This document shows, piece after piece, positions 38,660 to 50,500 of a DNA stretch of 64,000 nucleotides. The DNA comes from Vicugna vicugna (Eukaryota), in NCBI GenBank assembly GCA_013265495.1, contig MU057724.1:496001-560000 (forward strand), written 5' to 3'. Made by a program: the position numbers and the translations under genes. The first letter of the stretch is position 1. Every line of letters starts with the position of its first letter. The notes beneath the pieces were generated by a model, which was given only the letters and a program-made list of their open reading frames with translations, was not told where the DNA came from and ran no database searches.

Positions 38660-39470
38660 GCTCCTGGGGTAGACGTGCAGCGGGGATCAGAGCCCTTCCG
38701 GGGGCGNNNNNNNNNNNNNNNNNNNNNNNNNNNNNNNNNNNNNNGGGGCCGCTCTGGGCCGTGGGCCCTGGGCCCGTGGATGCGGGGTGGGGTGTGGATG
38801 CGGGGTGGGGTGGGGGCGCGGGCCGAGCGGGAGTCGGCCCAGGCCCGGCTTTGCGCCCAGGAGGCGCGGATTGGCCGGCAGCGCGGGGCGTGCGCGTGTG
38901 TGCGCGGCGGAGAGGAGCTCAGAGCTTCTGAACAGAAAACAAGGAAAGGCGAGTCACGGCCGTCCTGGTGCAAAAAGTTCACACGGAGGGGCCGGGACGC
39001 GATGGCTGACTCTCACCCAAGATGCGCCTTCATCCAAAGCTGGGGAGGAAACCCATCCTCTCCTCAGGGGGCTGAGTCCAGGCTCAGCGTCTCCACCTCA
39101 GAAGGTCCACACGGAGTGCGGACAGCACAGGCACCCCAGGGCCGGGAGCGACCGGGGCAGAGGTCGGGTGTGGCCACGAAGCGTCAAGTCTGTTTTCTGC
39201 CCGCGCTTCACCACCCCCTTCCTGCCACCAAATGAAAGGCAGAAAAAAGAGCCCACACGAAACCTCCGCAGCAGCAGGGTGGGCCCTGCACTGAAGCCCG
39301 GGAAACGTTGGGCCGCTGCCACTGCGTTAGGACCAAAGGCTCCCTGCCGGTCCCGTCGGGCAGCGCGGCCCGCGAAATCTGAGACGGTGGGGCCGACACA
39401 GGCCGCCTGCTGAGAAGGCCGGGCCGGAGTGGAGCTGCGCTCGCTTAGCTTGCACAGACGCGACGGCTGG
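38660..39470. promoter_or_regulatory. CpG island 1, promoter-like
   Basis: Dense CpG. Inverted CCAAT (ATTGG 38870-38874 in GCGGATTGGCC), NRF1-like GCGTGCGC at 38888-38895, G-run cluster at 38784-38822. Confidence 0.6.
38707..38744. other. Assembly gap (38 N)
   Basis: Run of N flanked by GC-rich sequence. Confidence 1.
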
Positions 39471-40586
39471 TTTGCAGAATGACTTACTTTAAGTTAGAGG
39501 AGTAAGTTGTAAGAGGAAAAATCACTGCGTTGAGCACTGCTTTGTCTCTGGTTGTCCAATCTTCAAAAGCACAAAACCTTGAAAAACCCTTGTTGAAATC
39601 TCTCTGAAAAGGCAGCCTTCCAGAATCCAACGTGTCTCCCTTCACGTTGGGTGGAAAATGGAGAGACTTGGGCCTGCGTGCTGGGACCGGGGTTGGCAGA
39701 GGGCGAGGGTAAGTCTGAAGTTTGAAGCATTTGATTCTTATCGACCCTGCAGAGCAAAGTGGAAGTAAATTACATCCATCTCAAGTGAATTCACTTCCTG
39801 AGCTCTGCGGAGACCTGAGCGACTTCAGTGGAGTTCTGAGGTGCTCCAGTCCAGCCAAGGCAAGGAACGCACACACCGCGGCTAAGGTGGAGACGTCTTC
39901 AGCACCGCGGGCCTTCCGGGGGCTCTGTGTAGACCACGCGGACCTGCGACATCAGGGATCATTCTAATGTTCGCTCTGACGTTCAGATCAGCCTCCCGGT
40001 AAAGGCAGCGGCTTTGCCGACAGTGAAGTCAGAATGAAAACATGCCGGGAGCGGGGAAGACAAAGGGCAGCTTTCTTTTCAGTGTGAAAGTTTGGTGACT
40101 GGTTGCCTTCTTTTACTTCTTACCGTTTTGTTTTATTTTCCGATTTCATTTGGTTTGTGATAGTATTTTCCTTGGGCTGGGTACGGTAAATGTGCGATCC
40201 TTTTTGCTTCTTTGGAGAGTAAAATGGAAAACCCTTCGTTTCTAGACAGGAAAAAACAAGCTGCCAGCAAAAGGCTGGGCTGCCCTGTGATCCTACGGGA
40301 TGGCAGCCTTGGGCAGAGGGCTGCAGGCCAGGGAGGGGCTTCTCCCGTCTCCCCCCGGCCTCCCCCAGCGTCCCCCAAACTGCACGGGCTTCAAGGAACC
40401 CCTGGTGGCCCGGTCGGTGCGGGGGCTCTTCTCCCTCGTGCAAGCGCGCAGCTCAGGTGTTAAGAGCAGCAGAACCGTGCTCACCGTCAGAACGCGGGGC
40501 GCCGACCGCGTTTCCTTCCACCTCTTTCCACCTCCCTTGTTCTCTAGAGCCAGGACATCCATGATGACCTCCTGGGCAGGTTTCTG

Positions 40587-40600
40587 AAAAAAAAAAAAAA
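40587..40600 (+). repeat. (A)14 homopolymer
   Basis: Direct reading. No SINE body or target-site duplication seen. Confidence 0.9.
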
Positions 40601-40942
40601 GATGCCTTTGTCTTAAATTCCATTAGTTTCTGAACCTCTGGAATCTCACAGGTGTCAAATTCAGCTGACCCCATGCTTCTGCTTGAACAGAAGTGGAGCC
40701 TGGAGGGAAAGCCGTGCTGTGTGCCGGACGCAGGACCCATGAAAAGTGACAGTGGGAGACTTCAGGTGGCTCTCGGTTCCGCATCACCTCTCAAGTTGGG
40801 CGGACAGGACTCTGTTCAGATTTGCCGCGACTGTCTCATTTCATCAGCATAATGAAAACCAAACCTGACACAGATTCCTTGTTTACTAACAATGCTTTGC
40901 CTTTTTCCTCTTCTTTTCTTCAACTGGCCTGTTATGTGGCTG

Positions 40943-41035
40943 TTCATTCATTCATTCAGTCCTTAACGGGTGCCGATCATGTGTCTACGGGCACAGAAGT
41001 AAGACACAGATCCTGCCTGCGAGGGATTTATTCTT
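40943..41035 (-). mobile_element. L2 3' tail relic with (TTCA)4
   Basis: 'ttcattcattcattcagtccttaacgggtgccgatcatgtgtc...gtaagacacagatcctgcc' follows the antisense L2 end. Confidence 0.45.
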
Positions 41036-43109
41036 AACTCTGACATTTTAAAATTCAAGTAGAACATCTCAGACCTTTAATTCCAAGGAACCGATCTGCC
41101 AGGGTTTGTGTGTGGTGCCTGGGTACCTGGGGTCCCGTGGCAGGCGGGGGCCTTCTGTGGGCATGACTTTTCTCACAGGACGCTTACTGTCTTAAGCGTT
41201 TGCCCAGGAAGACCCCGGATGTTCTGGGTGCTAGGCCTGGCGCTTCTTGGTGACACCAGGGTGCCAAGGACGTGCTTTTCCCCCTCAGAGTCTGCAGTGG
41301 ACAGCGGGACTGCGTGTGGACACAAGGCTGCCGTGTGCTCTGGGACCTCCTGGCGTGGTGGGGGCTCTGATGTTGGGGCCACATCCCGTGCTCTGGGAGC
41401 ATGACTAGTTGGACTTAGGGGGAGGGGAAGGAGGTAACCGGCCCGCGGGGGCTCTGGGAAAGGATGGCCCGGGGCGTGACAGGTGAAGCCCCTCCTGGGG
41501 TTCTGTGGGGGAGCCAGTCTGGGGGTGCTCCTCTGGCTAGGCGGCCAGGCGGCCCCTGCAGCAGACCCAACCAGATCCCACCTCCGGGAGCGTCTGGGAC
41601 TCTCCAACACACGAGCCTGTGTGACCATCTAAGGCCACTCACTTGAAGAGATTTTAGGAGAACTGTCCCTGGGATCTGGGACGGTCTGGCAGACCTTGTG
41701 CTCAGAGGGAGAATGGTGATTTGGTTTCCGTTTTTAAGAGACTCTCTGCTGCCTTCATCACATGCTCCCCGAGAGTGGGAGGGTCCCACGAACAGTCCTG
41801 CAACCACAGCAGGCAGAGCCCTGCAGGCATGCTGGCCGCTCCCGGGGGGGCCTGCCCAGCACTCAGGCTGGCAGGCCTGTGGCCCAGGTCTTGAGGCCCT
41901 TTGTCCTCTGTACCACATTGGTCTGATTTGTTGAAAGTTTGCTTTCTTATGAGGGACACTCCTATGACTATGCAGAATTTTCAACGGCTTTACAGAGCTT
42001 TCTGCCTCTCCCAGAATCTGAAATTTCACCTCGAGGGATCTCTTCCTCCAGCAAGTCCTAACAGTTGTGAGCAGGAGGCTGTTAGAGGCTCTCGCCAGAG
42101 CTGGCTGTGACCAGTGCTGACGGGGGTGTCACCCAGCTGTCACTGGCAGCTGGGGGTGCACACAGCTGCAGGCACCGTGCAGGGAGCGCTGGGGACGAGG
42201 CACCTTCACCCATCCCATCCCTCACGGGGGTGGGTGCGAACTGCCCCTCGGGGTCCCCAGCCAAGAGAGCAGTGGGTGGGACAGTCTCACCTGCGCACGG
42301 TGGTTCCTATGAGGTGGTTCCTCCAGCCCCTCCCTGGGCTCAGGGTCCCGGTGACATGCATGCCAGTGAGGTGCCTGGGAATGTGGCTCCGTTTCTGCTG
42401 CTCATGGGAGATTCTGGGGAGCTGAAGAGGGCCCTGTAGGCTGCCTGGGCCCGGAGCCAGCCACCCTGAGAACTGGGAAGTACAGCTACAGGCCCCTCCC
42501 AGCCTCACTCAGAGTCCCCCGGTGCGGGCTCAGAGCTGGTCCGAGCGAGTCCAGGTAGTGTCTTGTTCACTGACCTAGTTAAATGGCTGTGAGGAGGAGC
42601 TGAATCGGAAGCTCTTTCACCCCAGAATCACTGCACCTGGGAGTGGGAGGGGGACTTCGGGCTCTTCCTTCCCTGCTCTGCCGGGAGCTGTGCACCATGT
42701 GCCCAAAGCACAGGTTGGAGGCCCACAGCCCTGGCTCTGATCCTCAGGTCTGAGCTGTGTGAGCACGAACGCTTTTGCTGGAGCCTCCTTTCCAGAAAGC
42801 GAATCGCGGCCGGGACCCCGGGCTGCCCTAATGATAGCGTGAGGCAGCCGGGAGGGCCTGGTGCTGGTGTCAAGGCCGCAGCACCGTCATCACTGGCCCA
42901 CGTGAGTCCGCGTGGCCCTGCTGGGCTCAGAGAGACGGATGCAGGCCTGCCCTGGGCCCTCTGGGCTGAGTGCCCTGGAAGCTGCCCTCAGGTCCTGCCC
43001 TCAGTGTCATAACAGCCGCAGGCCAAGGGCACCAGCTGGATCCTCCTGCTGCCTTGTAGCCAGGACACAGAGGGGAGAAGAACAGGCTGTGAAACAGCTC
43101 AAGACCTGA

Positions 43110-43205
43110 CATGACTTTGAAGCCAGGTCTGCTCTGTCCTGCCGGACCTGTGGGCTGCCCTTAATTCCTCTAACTCTCGGCCTCCTCGCCTATAAAATGG
43201 GGGCC
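43110..43205 (+). mobile_element. Possible MIR core relic
   Basis: 'cccttaattcctctaactctcggcctcctcgcctataaaatgggg' resembles the MIR core 'ttaacctctctgtgcctcagtttcctcatctgtaaaatgggg'. Confidence 0.3.
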
Positions 43206-44239
43206 CCGCAGCCTCCTCCAGGGTGGAGGCAGGTGTGGGCGACCCATGGAGTGGCCGGGGTTACCCAGCACATCTTCTGGCTGTGTCGCCACTGCCATCG
43301 GGACCGCTTCCAGGAGCTCTGCACAGTCCCGACCAGACGGCCCTGGGCCACTGGGGAGCTGCTTCAGCTCGCCTCCCCTATAACCCCCGGAGGGAGCCTG
43401 TCTGTGCCTTTGCCGTCTGGGTCCCGGCTCCTGACCCGGATGCTCAGCAGACAGTGGATGAGCAGTGGGTGCGGGGGGGAGGGGGCTTTCTTGCTGCCTT
43501 TCTGGAACCTCTCCCTCTCTTCTGGGGTTGAAAGAGCACAGGCGCCAGCTGTGGCCTTGGGTTCAAACCCTGGGCACTGGCTGCATCCTGGTGCCGCCGC
43601 TGACTCTCAGGAGGGTCCCCGGACGGGAGGTGTGGGACTTGTGTCCCCACCCGTCCCACAGGGCGGAGGCGTGTTTCAGCAAACCCCCCCTTTCTTAGGA
43701 CATGTTATGGGACTCCAGCCAGCAGGCTGTGGTTTCTTGGTCATCGTGTTATCATTGTAATACCTTTCCTGAAGAGGGGGTTTTTGGTGTTCACTGGCTA
43801 TGTTTGTACAAAAGTATGTGTTGAACATAAATGCACTAAAGTGAAATCAGGTTTATTAAAATCTTGTAAAAGCTCAGTTCTGCGCGGTCACTAGCTTGAC
43901 GCAGGGCTTCAGCCTTGCACGCCCTGCAGTGTGTGGCCTGACTGCTCTCACCTAGGGGCGTGGCTGTCTCAGAGCTGGGGGCTGCCCTGGGCTGCTGGCT
44001 GGCTTGCCTCTCACTTGTTTGCCCTTTATTTGCCAGACTAATTCTGATTCTTCCTTGGTTTGATTCTTATGGACACACCTGGAGCAGAGCCCCTCACCCA
44101 AGCATAGGTATCAATCAGGTGGTGTTTCAGAATCTTTCCAAAAGGCAGTTCCTCCCAGGAAGTGCCCCTCCAATTCCAGGATGCCAGGACGGGCACCCCA
44201 GGACACAGCCAAGCGTACGCCTCCTCTGCAGCTCCTTAG

Positions 44240-45480
44240 AGCAGGGCTTTTATTCCCTTCTGCTTCTTGGCCACTGGGCGCCCGGCACTGGGCGCCCAGG
44301 GCCCCTGAGCAGCCCGCGGGCAAGGGTGCCCCAGAGGTGGTGCGTCATGTCCGCCCAGGGAATTCCTCTGTCTGCAAGACTGCATTCATGGTGTATGGAA
44401 AAAGTTCGTGACAGAAACATTCTGACCTTCCTACTGTTGGAAACAGGGAGTGTGGATCCAGGAAGCTGGTTTCGGATACTTTCTTTCCTCTCCGGACTCC
44501 CCCTGCAAGCTGCGCGGAAGGTCTCTGCTCCCCACCTCGGCGCGGGCATGCAGAGGTGAGGCCAGGCGGGTCGCGAGGCCTTCCCGGAGACCGACGACCT
44601 GGGATTTGACCTCCTCCTGCTGCTCCGCGGCGCGGTCCTGCCCCCCCCCACCCCGGCAGGCGCGAGGGCGGGCGGGGCTTCCAGCGCGTGCGCCTGACGC
44701 TCGCCTGTGCGCGCACCTCCCTGCGAGCCCCGCCACGCCCCTCCGCGCGTCCCCCACCGCCCCGTAACCCGCCCTGGGACCCCGGGGAGTCCCTGCCCCG
44801 GGCGCCCCCCACCTCCGCCCCGCCGGCCTATCTCGCACTTTGATTATTTGTGTTAACAGTTAATTTAGCACCGCGGCCACGTGTGCCAGCGCCGCCTGCG
44901 CTTCCTGCGGGCGCAGCAAGGGCACTTCTATGAGATCCTTTCAAGGGCTCCCTGGCCGGCTCGTGCGCCCGGGCCCTGGCTCCGCGGCCCGGACCCCTTC
45001 GCCCGGGGCGCCCCCTCCTCGCCTATCTCGACTGCGATCTGGAGTCGCGGGCAGGAAAGGAGCTATTTCTGGCCACGCGGTCCCTCCGCCCAGGGCACCC
45101 GTCTGATGAAGGAGAGTTCCCGGCCGCCGGTCGCGGCGCTTCCCGGCGTGCGCCCGGGGGCCGAAGTCTCTGCTGTCACTGCAGACGCCTGGCTGCTGTC
45201 ATGACATACTTGGCAGATCCTTTTCCCCCCGATAATTTCGAGAAAATGCGGACACGCACGCACAGAACGTCTGTGGTGCCGCAGCGAGCACCCCGCGTCC
45301 CGGTCTGACTCCTCCCGCCTCCCTGAGCGGCTCTCCTCAGACACCGCCTCCGTTGTCACCGGCCTCGTTCGGGGTTTGATCCCCTCCTGAGCTCTCACTG
45401 GGTGGGTCTGTGCGGCTGGGAGAGGGAGCGCCCCGAGAACTGCAAGGAGGAGGGCTTCGGGGCTCCGCGGAGGTTCCTGA
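44240..45480. promoter_or_regulatory. CpG island 2, strong promoter-like architecture
   Basis: Very dense CpG. GC box GGGCGGGGC at 44670-44678, NRF1-like GCGCGTGCGC at 44684-44693, CCCCGCC/CCACGCCC (Sp/KLF) at 44728-44740, kB-consensus GGGGAGTCCC at 44784-44793, CTCCGCCCCGCC at 44813-44824. Confidence 0.7.
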
Positions 45481-45819
45481 CTCCGGCCTGTGCTTGTCTT
45501 TCCTTGTAAAGCACTCGGTTTCCCCCTCGCTTAGGTTTCTGGTACGGGTACTTCTCCTCCCGGAGAGACCGCGCGCGAGTCCTGTGTGCAGGAGGGCGGA
45601 GCCTGCACGGGGGAGCTTCGTGTTCTGCCTGCCAGGACTCAGAAGGGGTCCCTCATGCGCTCAGGAGAGGGTTTGGGAGAGAGCGGCAGGGACCCACCGA
45701 GGCAGGTCCTTTCTAGCCTAAAGGACCTGGGACCCTGGGCCAGCTTTCGTGCAGCCTGGGGGCTCCCGTGTGCTTCACCATCAGCCTGAAAGTTTTTACA
45801 CCAAAAGAAGTACCGAGGA

Positions 45820-46660
45820 AGAGAAAAGAACCTGCAGAATGGAGAATATCTGAGAAGGCTCTGGAAACCAGAATACACAAAGAAGTCTTACAACTCAGCA
45901 ACAAAGACAAACAACCCAATTAAGGAACGGGCAAGGACTTTTCCCAAAGGAGACATGAAAAGATGCTCTAGCATAGTCATCAGGGAAGCGCCAGTCAGAA
46001 CCACAGTGGGTACCACTGCACATCCATTGGGATGGCAAGATTTAAAAACATGGAATATAACAAGTGTTGGCACAAATGTGGAGAGATTAGAATGCTTGTA
46101 CATTGCTGCTGGGAGTGTAAAATGTGCAGCCTCCGTGGAAGACAGCGTGGGATTTCTTAAAGTTAAATGTGGAATTATCACATGACCTCACAGTTCCACA
46201 CCTAGGTACATACCCCAGAGAATTGAAAACAGAGACTCAAAGCAGTACACGCACACACATGTTCCTGGTCCGTCAGTGGACGAACGGACAGACAAATGTG
46301 GTCCATTCATTCAATGGATGTTATTCAGCTGTAAAAAGGAATGCAGTACTGATATGCGCTACCATGCCGATTAACCTTGAAAACATGATGCTAAGTGAAA
46401 GAATTCAGCCACAAAAGAGCACCTACTGTATGATTTCACTTATGTGAAGTATGCAGAATCTCACGTATTAGAGAAATTCATAGAGAACTCAAACGTGGTT
46501 TTCAGGGGCTGGGGAAAGAGAAATGGGGAGAAAGTACTTAATAGGTAAGAGCTGTTACTTTGAAGTGATGAAAATATTTTGGAATTAGATAGAGGTGGTG
46601 GTTATGTGGCATTGTGATTGCCACTGAATGCCACCGAATTTTTACTTAAAAATGGTCACT
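45820..46660 (+). mobile_element. LINE-1 (L1MB-like) ORF2 C-terminus and 3' UTR
   Basis: 'aacaacccaattaaggaacgggcaaggac', 'gggagtgtaaaatg', 'aaccttgaaaacatgatgctaagtgaaag...ctgtatgatttcacttatgtg' and 'gtgatgaaaatattttggaattagatagaggtggtgg...acttaaaaatggt'. Confidence 0.9.
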
Positions 46661-46935
46661 ATAACTGTGTGGTATGACTTGTGTATGGAGTCCAAAAGAT
46701 ATAACAGCCTTGAACATCGCAGAACAGAAGCAGACTCCCAGGTGCAGAGAACAAAGCAGTGGTGCCAGTGGCAGGGGAGGGGCAGTGTGCTCCAGAGATG
46801 GGGGAGGGGGTACAAGTACTGCGTGTAAGGCAGGCTCCAGGGTGTATGCACAGCATGGGGAACGTAGCCAATATTTTGTAATAACTGTAAATGGAAAAAC
46901 AACCTTTAAAAATTGTATACAACTTTTTAAATGCA
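46661..46935 (+). mobile_element. Younger (laurasiatherian/cetartiodactyl-type) LINE-1 3' end
   Basis: 'agaagcagactcccaggtgcagagaacaaagcagtggtgccagtgg...ggggaacgtagccaatattttgtaataactgtaaatgga...aacctttaaaaattgtata'. Confidence 0.7.
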
Positions 46936-47409
46936 AAGTCCGTGGTCCATCTTCTCATTTGCCTGGGGCGTCCCCTTAGTCTAGGAGCGGGCGGTGACTG
47001 AGCCCCAGAGCAGGTGAGGGACTGTCTCTTGGAAGTCTGTCCTGTCCTTAGAATTCGAGTGGTGCATTCAGCCCGGGCCTCGGGGCCGCCCTGGACTGTG
47101 ATCTGCGCGGAGGCCACGTGCGGGTGGGCTCCTCTCTCCAAAGTGAAGCCTGTGCTGCGTCCTCACTTATCAAGTGAGTTTTACACTCTACCCACAGGAG
47201 AGACACAGGACCACGCCATGTCTGGCCTGTGCACGGCCCCCACATCGTTCATGACGTGGTCAGGGTCTGCGCTGTCTCAGAGAGGGCTTATACAGCACCC
47301 ACCCCGCCTGGGTCCTCCCCTCACAGACGGGACGCTGAGGCTCAGACACAGTAGAGCTCTGCCTGGAACCCGTATGACGGGAGGGAGCTCGTGGTTGCGT
47401 CGGGCTGGC

Positions 47410-47592
47410 GTGGTTGCTTGTAAGCAGGGAGTGGCCACTGATGGGGCTGGGTGGTCTTCTGGGGTGATGAGGACACCATGCGAGTGGCTGTTGTTCTGGT
47501 CACACAACTCTATGGCTATATGAAAAGGCACTGAATTGTGCACTTTACCCGGGCGAATTGTATGCTATGTGAGTCACATCTCAACAGAGCTG
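47410..47592 (+). mobile_element. Old LINE-1 (L1MB/MC) 3' terminal fragment
   Basis: 'tcttctggggtgatgagg...cacacaactctatggctatatgaaaaggcactgaattgtgcacttt...gcgaattgtatgctatgtgagtcacatctcaacagagctg'. Confidence 0.7.
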
Positions 47593-50500
47593 CCATATAC
47601 GTAGGTACGTGTTTTAAAAATTGCCTGGGTGCGTACAGTGGCAGGGCAGCCCTCCCGCCCTCTTACCCTGACAGTGAATGTCAGATACCCTCGATCCCAA
47701 TGCCGTGTCTTTGCCTGACCGTTCTGGACAACTGCATTCATCCTCTAAACCGCTTGCTCACATGAGAGCTTTGTTTATTCCACGCCTGTGAGATGGTCCG
47801 ATGGTTTCATGTCCAAAGTGGCCAGTATCACAGCCACACCCTCCGCTGGAGTGAAGGTGGTTGTGTATTTGGGGACAAAATCTTCCGAGAAGACTTCTAA
47901 GGCTTCCCCTATCAACAGCCTGGGCTGGGAAAGCCCTCCGCGGGAGCGGGCTGTGTGAGAGCGTGCCCGCGAGGGCCCTCCCCTGCTGCAGCTTCCTCGA
48001 CTCAGGCCTCCTGCAGTGCCCCGGCTCCGCCCCGCTGGTACGTGGTAGGTGCCCTCCGGAGCAGTCAGTGAATTACTGCTGGCAGAGTGCTCTCGGATAA
48101 ACAGGGAATCCAGAGTATATGGCAAACGGCCCAAAGTCTGTTCTTTTCAAACACGACAGCCCCGCAGCCGGGGGCGGGGTGGCCGGGTCTTCTGCGCAGG
48201 GCAGCTCTCCGTCCGGCGTTACCCTGATCCGAGCTTCAGCCCCCAGGGCTTGGCCTGCAGAGCACAAAGCAGAATGCAAACGTGGGACCAGCCTGGCTCA
48301 GCGAGGACGTTCACTCAGGGAAGATGGCCAGTGCGCTTCGTCCGGGGGCCCCGCCTGTGGGCCAGGGGCCACACAGAGACTCCAGTGAGCCCCCACCCCG
48401 CTGAACTCCGGGGTCGGAAGAGCCAGGTTCCCTTGGGTACATTCATCACGGTGGATCTGGTTAGTCTGCGCACACCGGTGCCGCCTTCTGGGCAGAAGGA
48501 TCCGTGTGAATCTGAAGACAGGTTCCCCAAATAGCTCCTTTCCTTACATCCCTCTGGCCGCTCTCAGCGCTGGGGGAGGCGGCTGAGCTCTGCTGACCCG
48601 AGGTCAGGGGTCTGTTGCTTATTTTATCTTCCCAAACAAAACAAACTTCTCTCCATTTTGTCCGATTTCCTACCAGAGAGAATCTTTTGTTTTCACTTGC
48701 TGCCCTGTCAGCTTCCAAGAATTTTTTTCTTCTCGAGACTGGTTGAGGCGCCCAGGGCCCAGCGGCTGGCTGCCCGGCTCCGGCCCAAGGCCGCGGATTC
48801 CTCCTTTTCCTTCCCGGTATTGTCCAGCTTCCTGAGGGCCCTCGCCCCGGCCCGGGGGACGGCGTGGCCGGCACACTCTCCTGTCCCCTGCCGAGGAGGA
48901 GACAGGAAGGCTCCGTGGACCCCCGCCTCCTGCCCGATCCTCGTGGGGGCTCAGAGGGGATGGTGCCCTGGACTTCGCTTGGACCACAGTGTCACCTGCC
49001 AGATGAGAGACGCCAGCAAGAAACCCAAGAAAAGTGGCTTAGGAGCACCGCGCCTTCGCCCCAGCGCCTTTTCAGATAAAGACAGGCTTTCCCCCTTGCT
49101 GTCCTTCCTGCTGACCGAGTTTTCAGTCTAAATGAAGTCGAATTGACTCGGGGACAAAGTTCCTAAAAATCCCCTGTGGCTTCCAAGATGCACAGGACAC
49201 TGTCGGGACACCAGGCCGGCCCCCCAGGCGCCCCCGCCTCGCCTCCTCCCCCAGCCCCCGGTGCGCTGCAATGACACGTCCGGCCGCTCCAGAGGCCAGA
49301 TCTGTTCTGTGAGCCCTCTCACAGTTTTCCAGGGCGTCATCGACATTATGGTGACGGGGACATAGCATCCGTGGGCACTCTGTGAGCGTCACGTCCCCAG
49401 GCAGACTGGGAGCTCCTGGGTACAGACTTAGAGTGGGGCTTAGCACGCAGCAGGTGGACAAGGGCTGCTGGCACGTCAGAGGTCTGCAAGGAGAGAACCC
49501 GAAGGCTTTGGGTTTCGCTCACCGCACATCCTTCCGGCTGGGGGTGGGGGTGAGGAAGGATGGGTGACGGCCTCCTGGCTGCGGGGGGAGCAGAGTGCGG
49601 CGTGTCTGAGCACTGGCTCCATCCCGCACCTGAGGCGGAGGACCGGCGACACAGCCGCACCAGCTGGGAAGGATGCTGCCTGGCCCGTCGCTGCTCAGGA
49701 AAGCGGGAGGGGCGCGGCGTTTCCTGGGTGCCGTCTGGAGCCCAGGGAGGTGCTATGGCATCCAGCACACGTGGCAGCAGGGAAGTTCCTCCATAAACTC
49801 AAAGCGCTTAGGGGGTCGTCTCCATAATTTCTATTTTGAGTGAATCCTTCTGCTCAGATAGTGAAGTTGCTTTTCTCCTGAGACAGCTTGAATCATTTGC
49901 TCTGGGAGAGTGGAGCGGTGGGGTAACTTGAGGGCTGAAGGCAGTCCGGCCCCACTCCCGGCCCTGGTCCTCTGGTCTCCAGGGCGACACCAGGCCTGCA
50001 GTCTGCACCCAGCAGAGTCAGGGGGGCGCTCGTGCTGGTTTTAACACCGTGATACAAGGCAGGGGCCAGAGTATTAAGCGAATGTGCTTCTCCAGGTCTC
50101 TGTAGAGGGTTTGCGGGCATTTTATGGGGAAAGGTGTATGGAGGTCAAATTCCTTTCTGAAGTGTTAACCAGGCTGCTTCCTCAGAGGGTCTCCAGCAAG
50201 GCTGTGGAATGTGCCTGGATTTCCGGTCACATCTGCACACAGAACCCCCTTCCGTTGGAGATGTTTGCCCAAAGCCATCGTTTAGAAATGCCGGCGTGTT
50301 GAACTGAAAAGACTCTGCAGCCAGAAGATGTGAGTGGGCTTCTTCAAGTGACCACAGCCCAGGAGGGTTCCCCGTGTCGTAAAGTGAGGGTCCCCGACCC
50401 TCTCGGGCTGCGTGGCTGTGTGGGCTGTGCCCATGGGGCTGTTCTCGGTCCTCACGTGATCACTTTACTCACACGTGGAGCCCAAGTTCCCTCGATCAGA

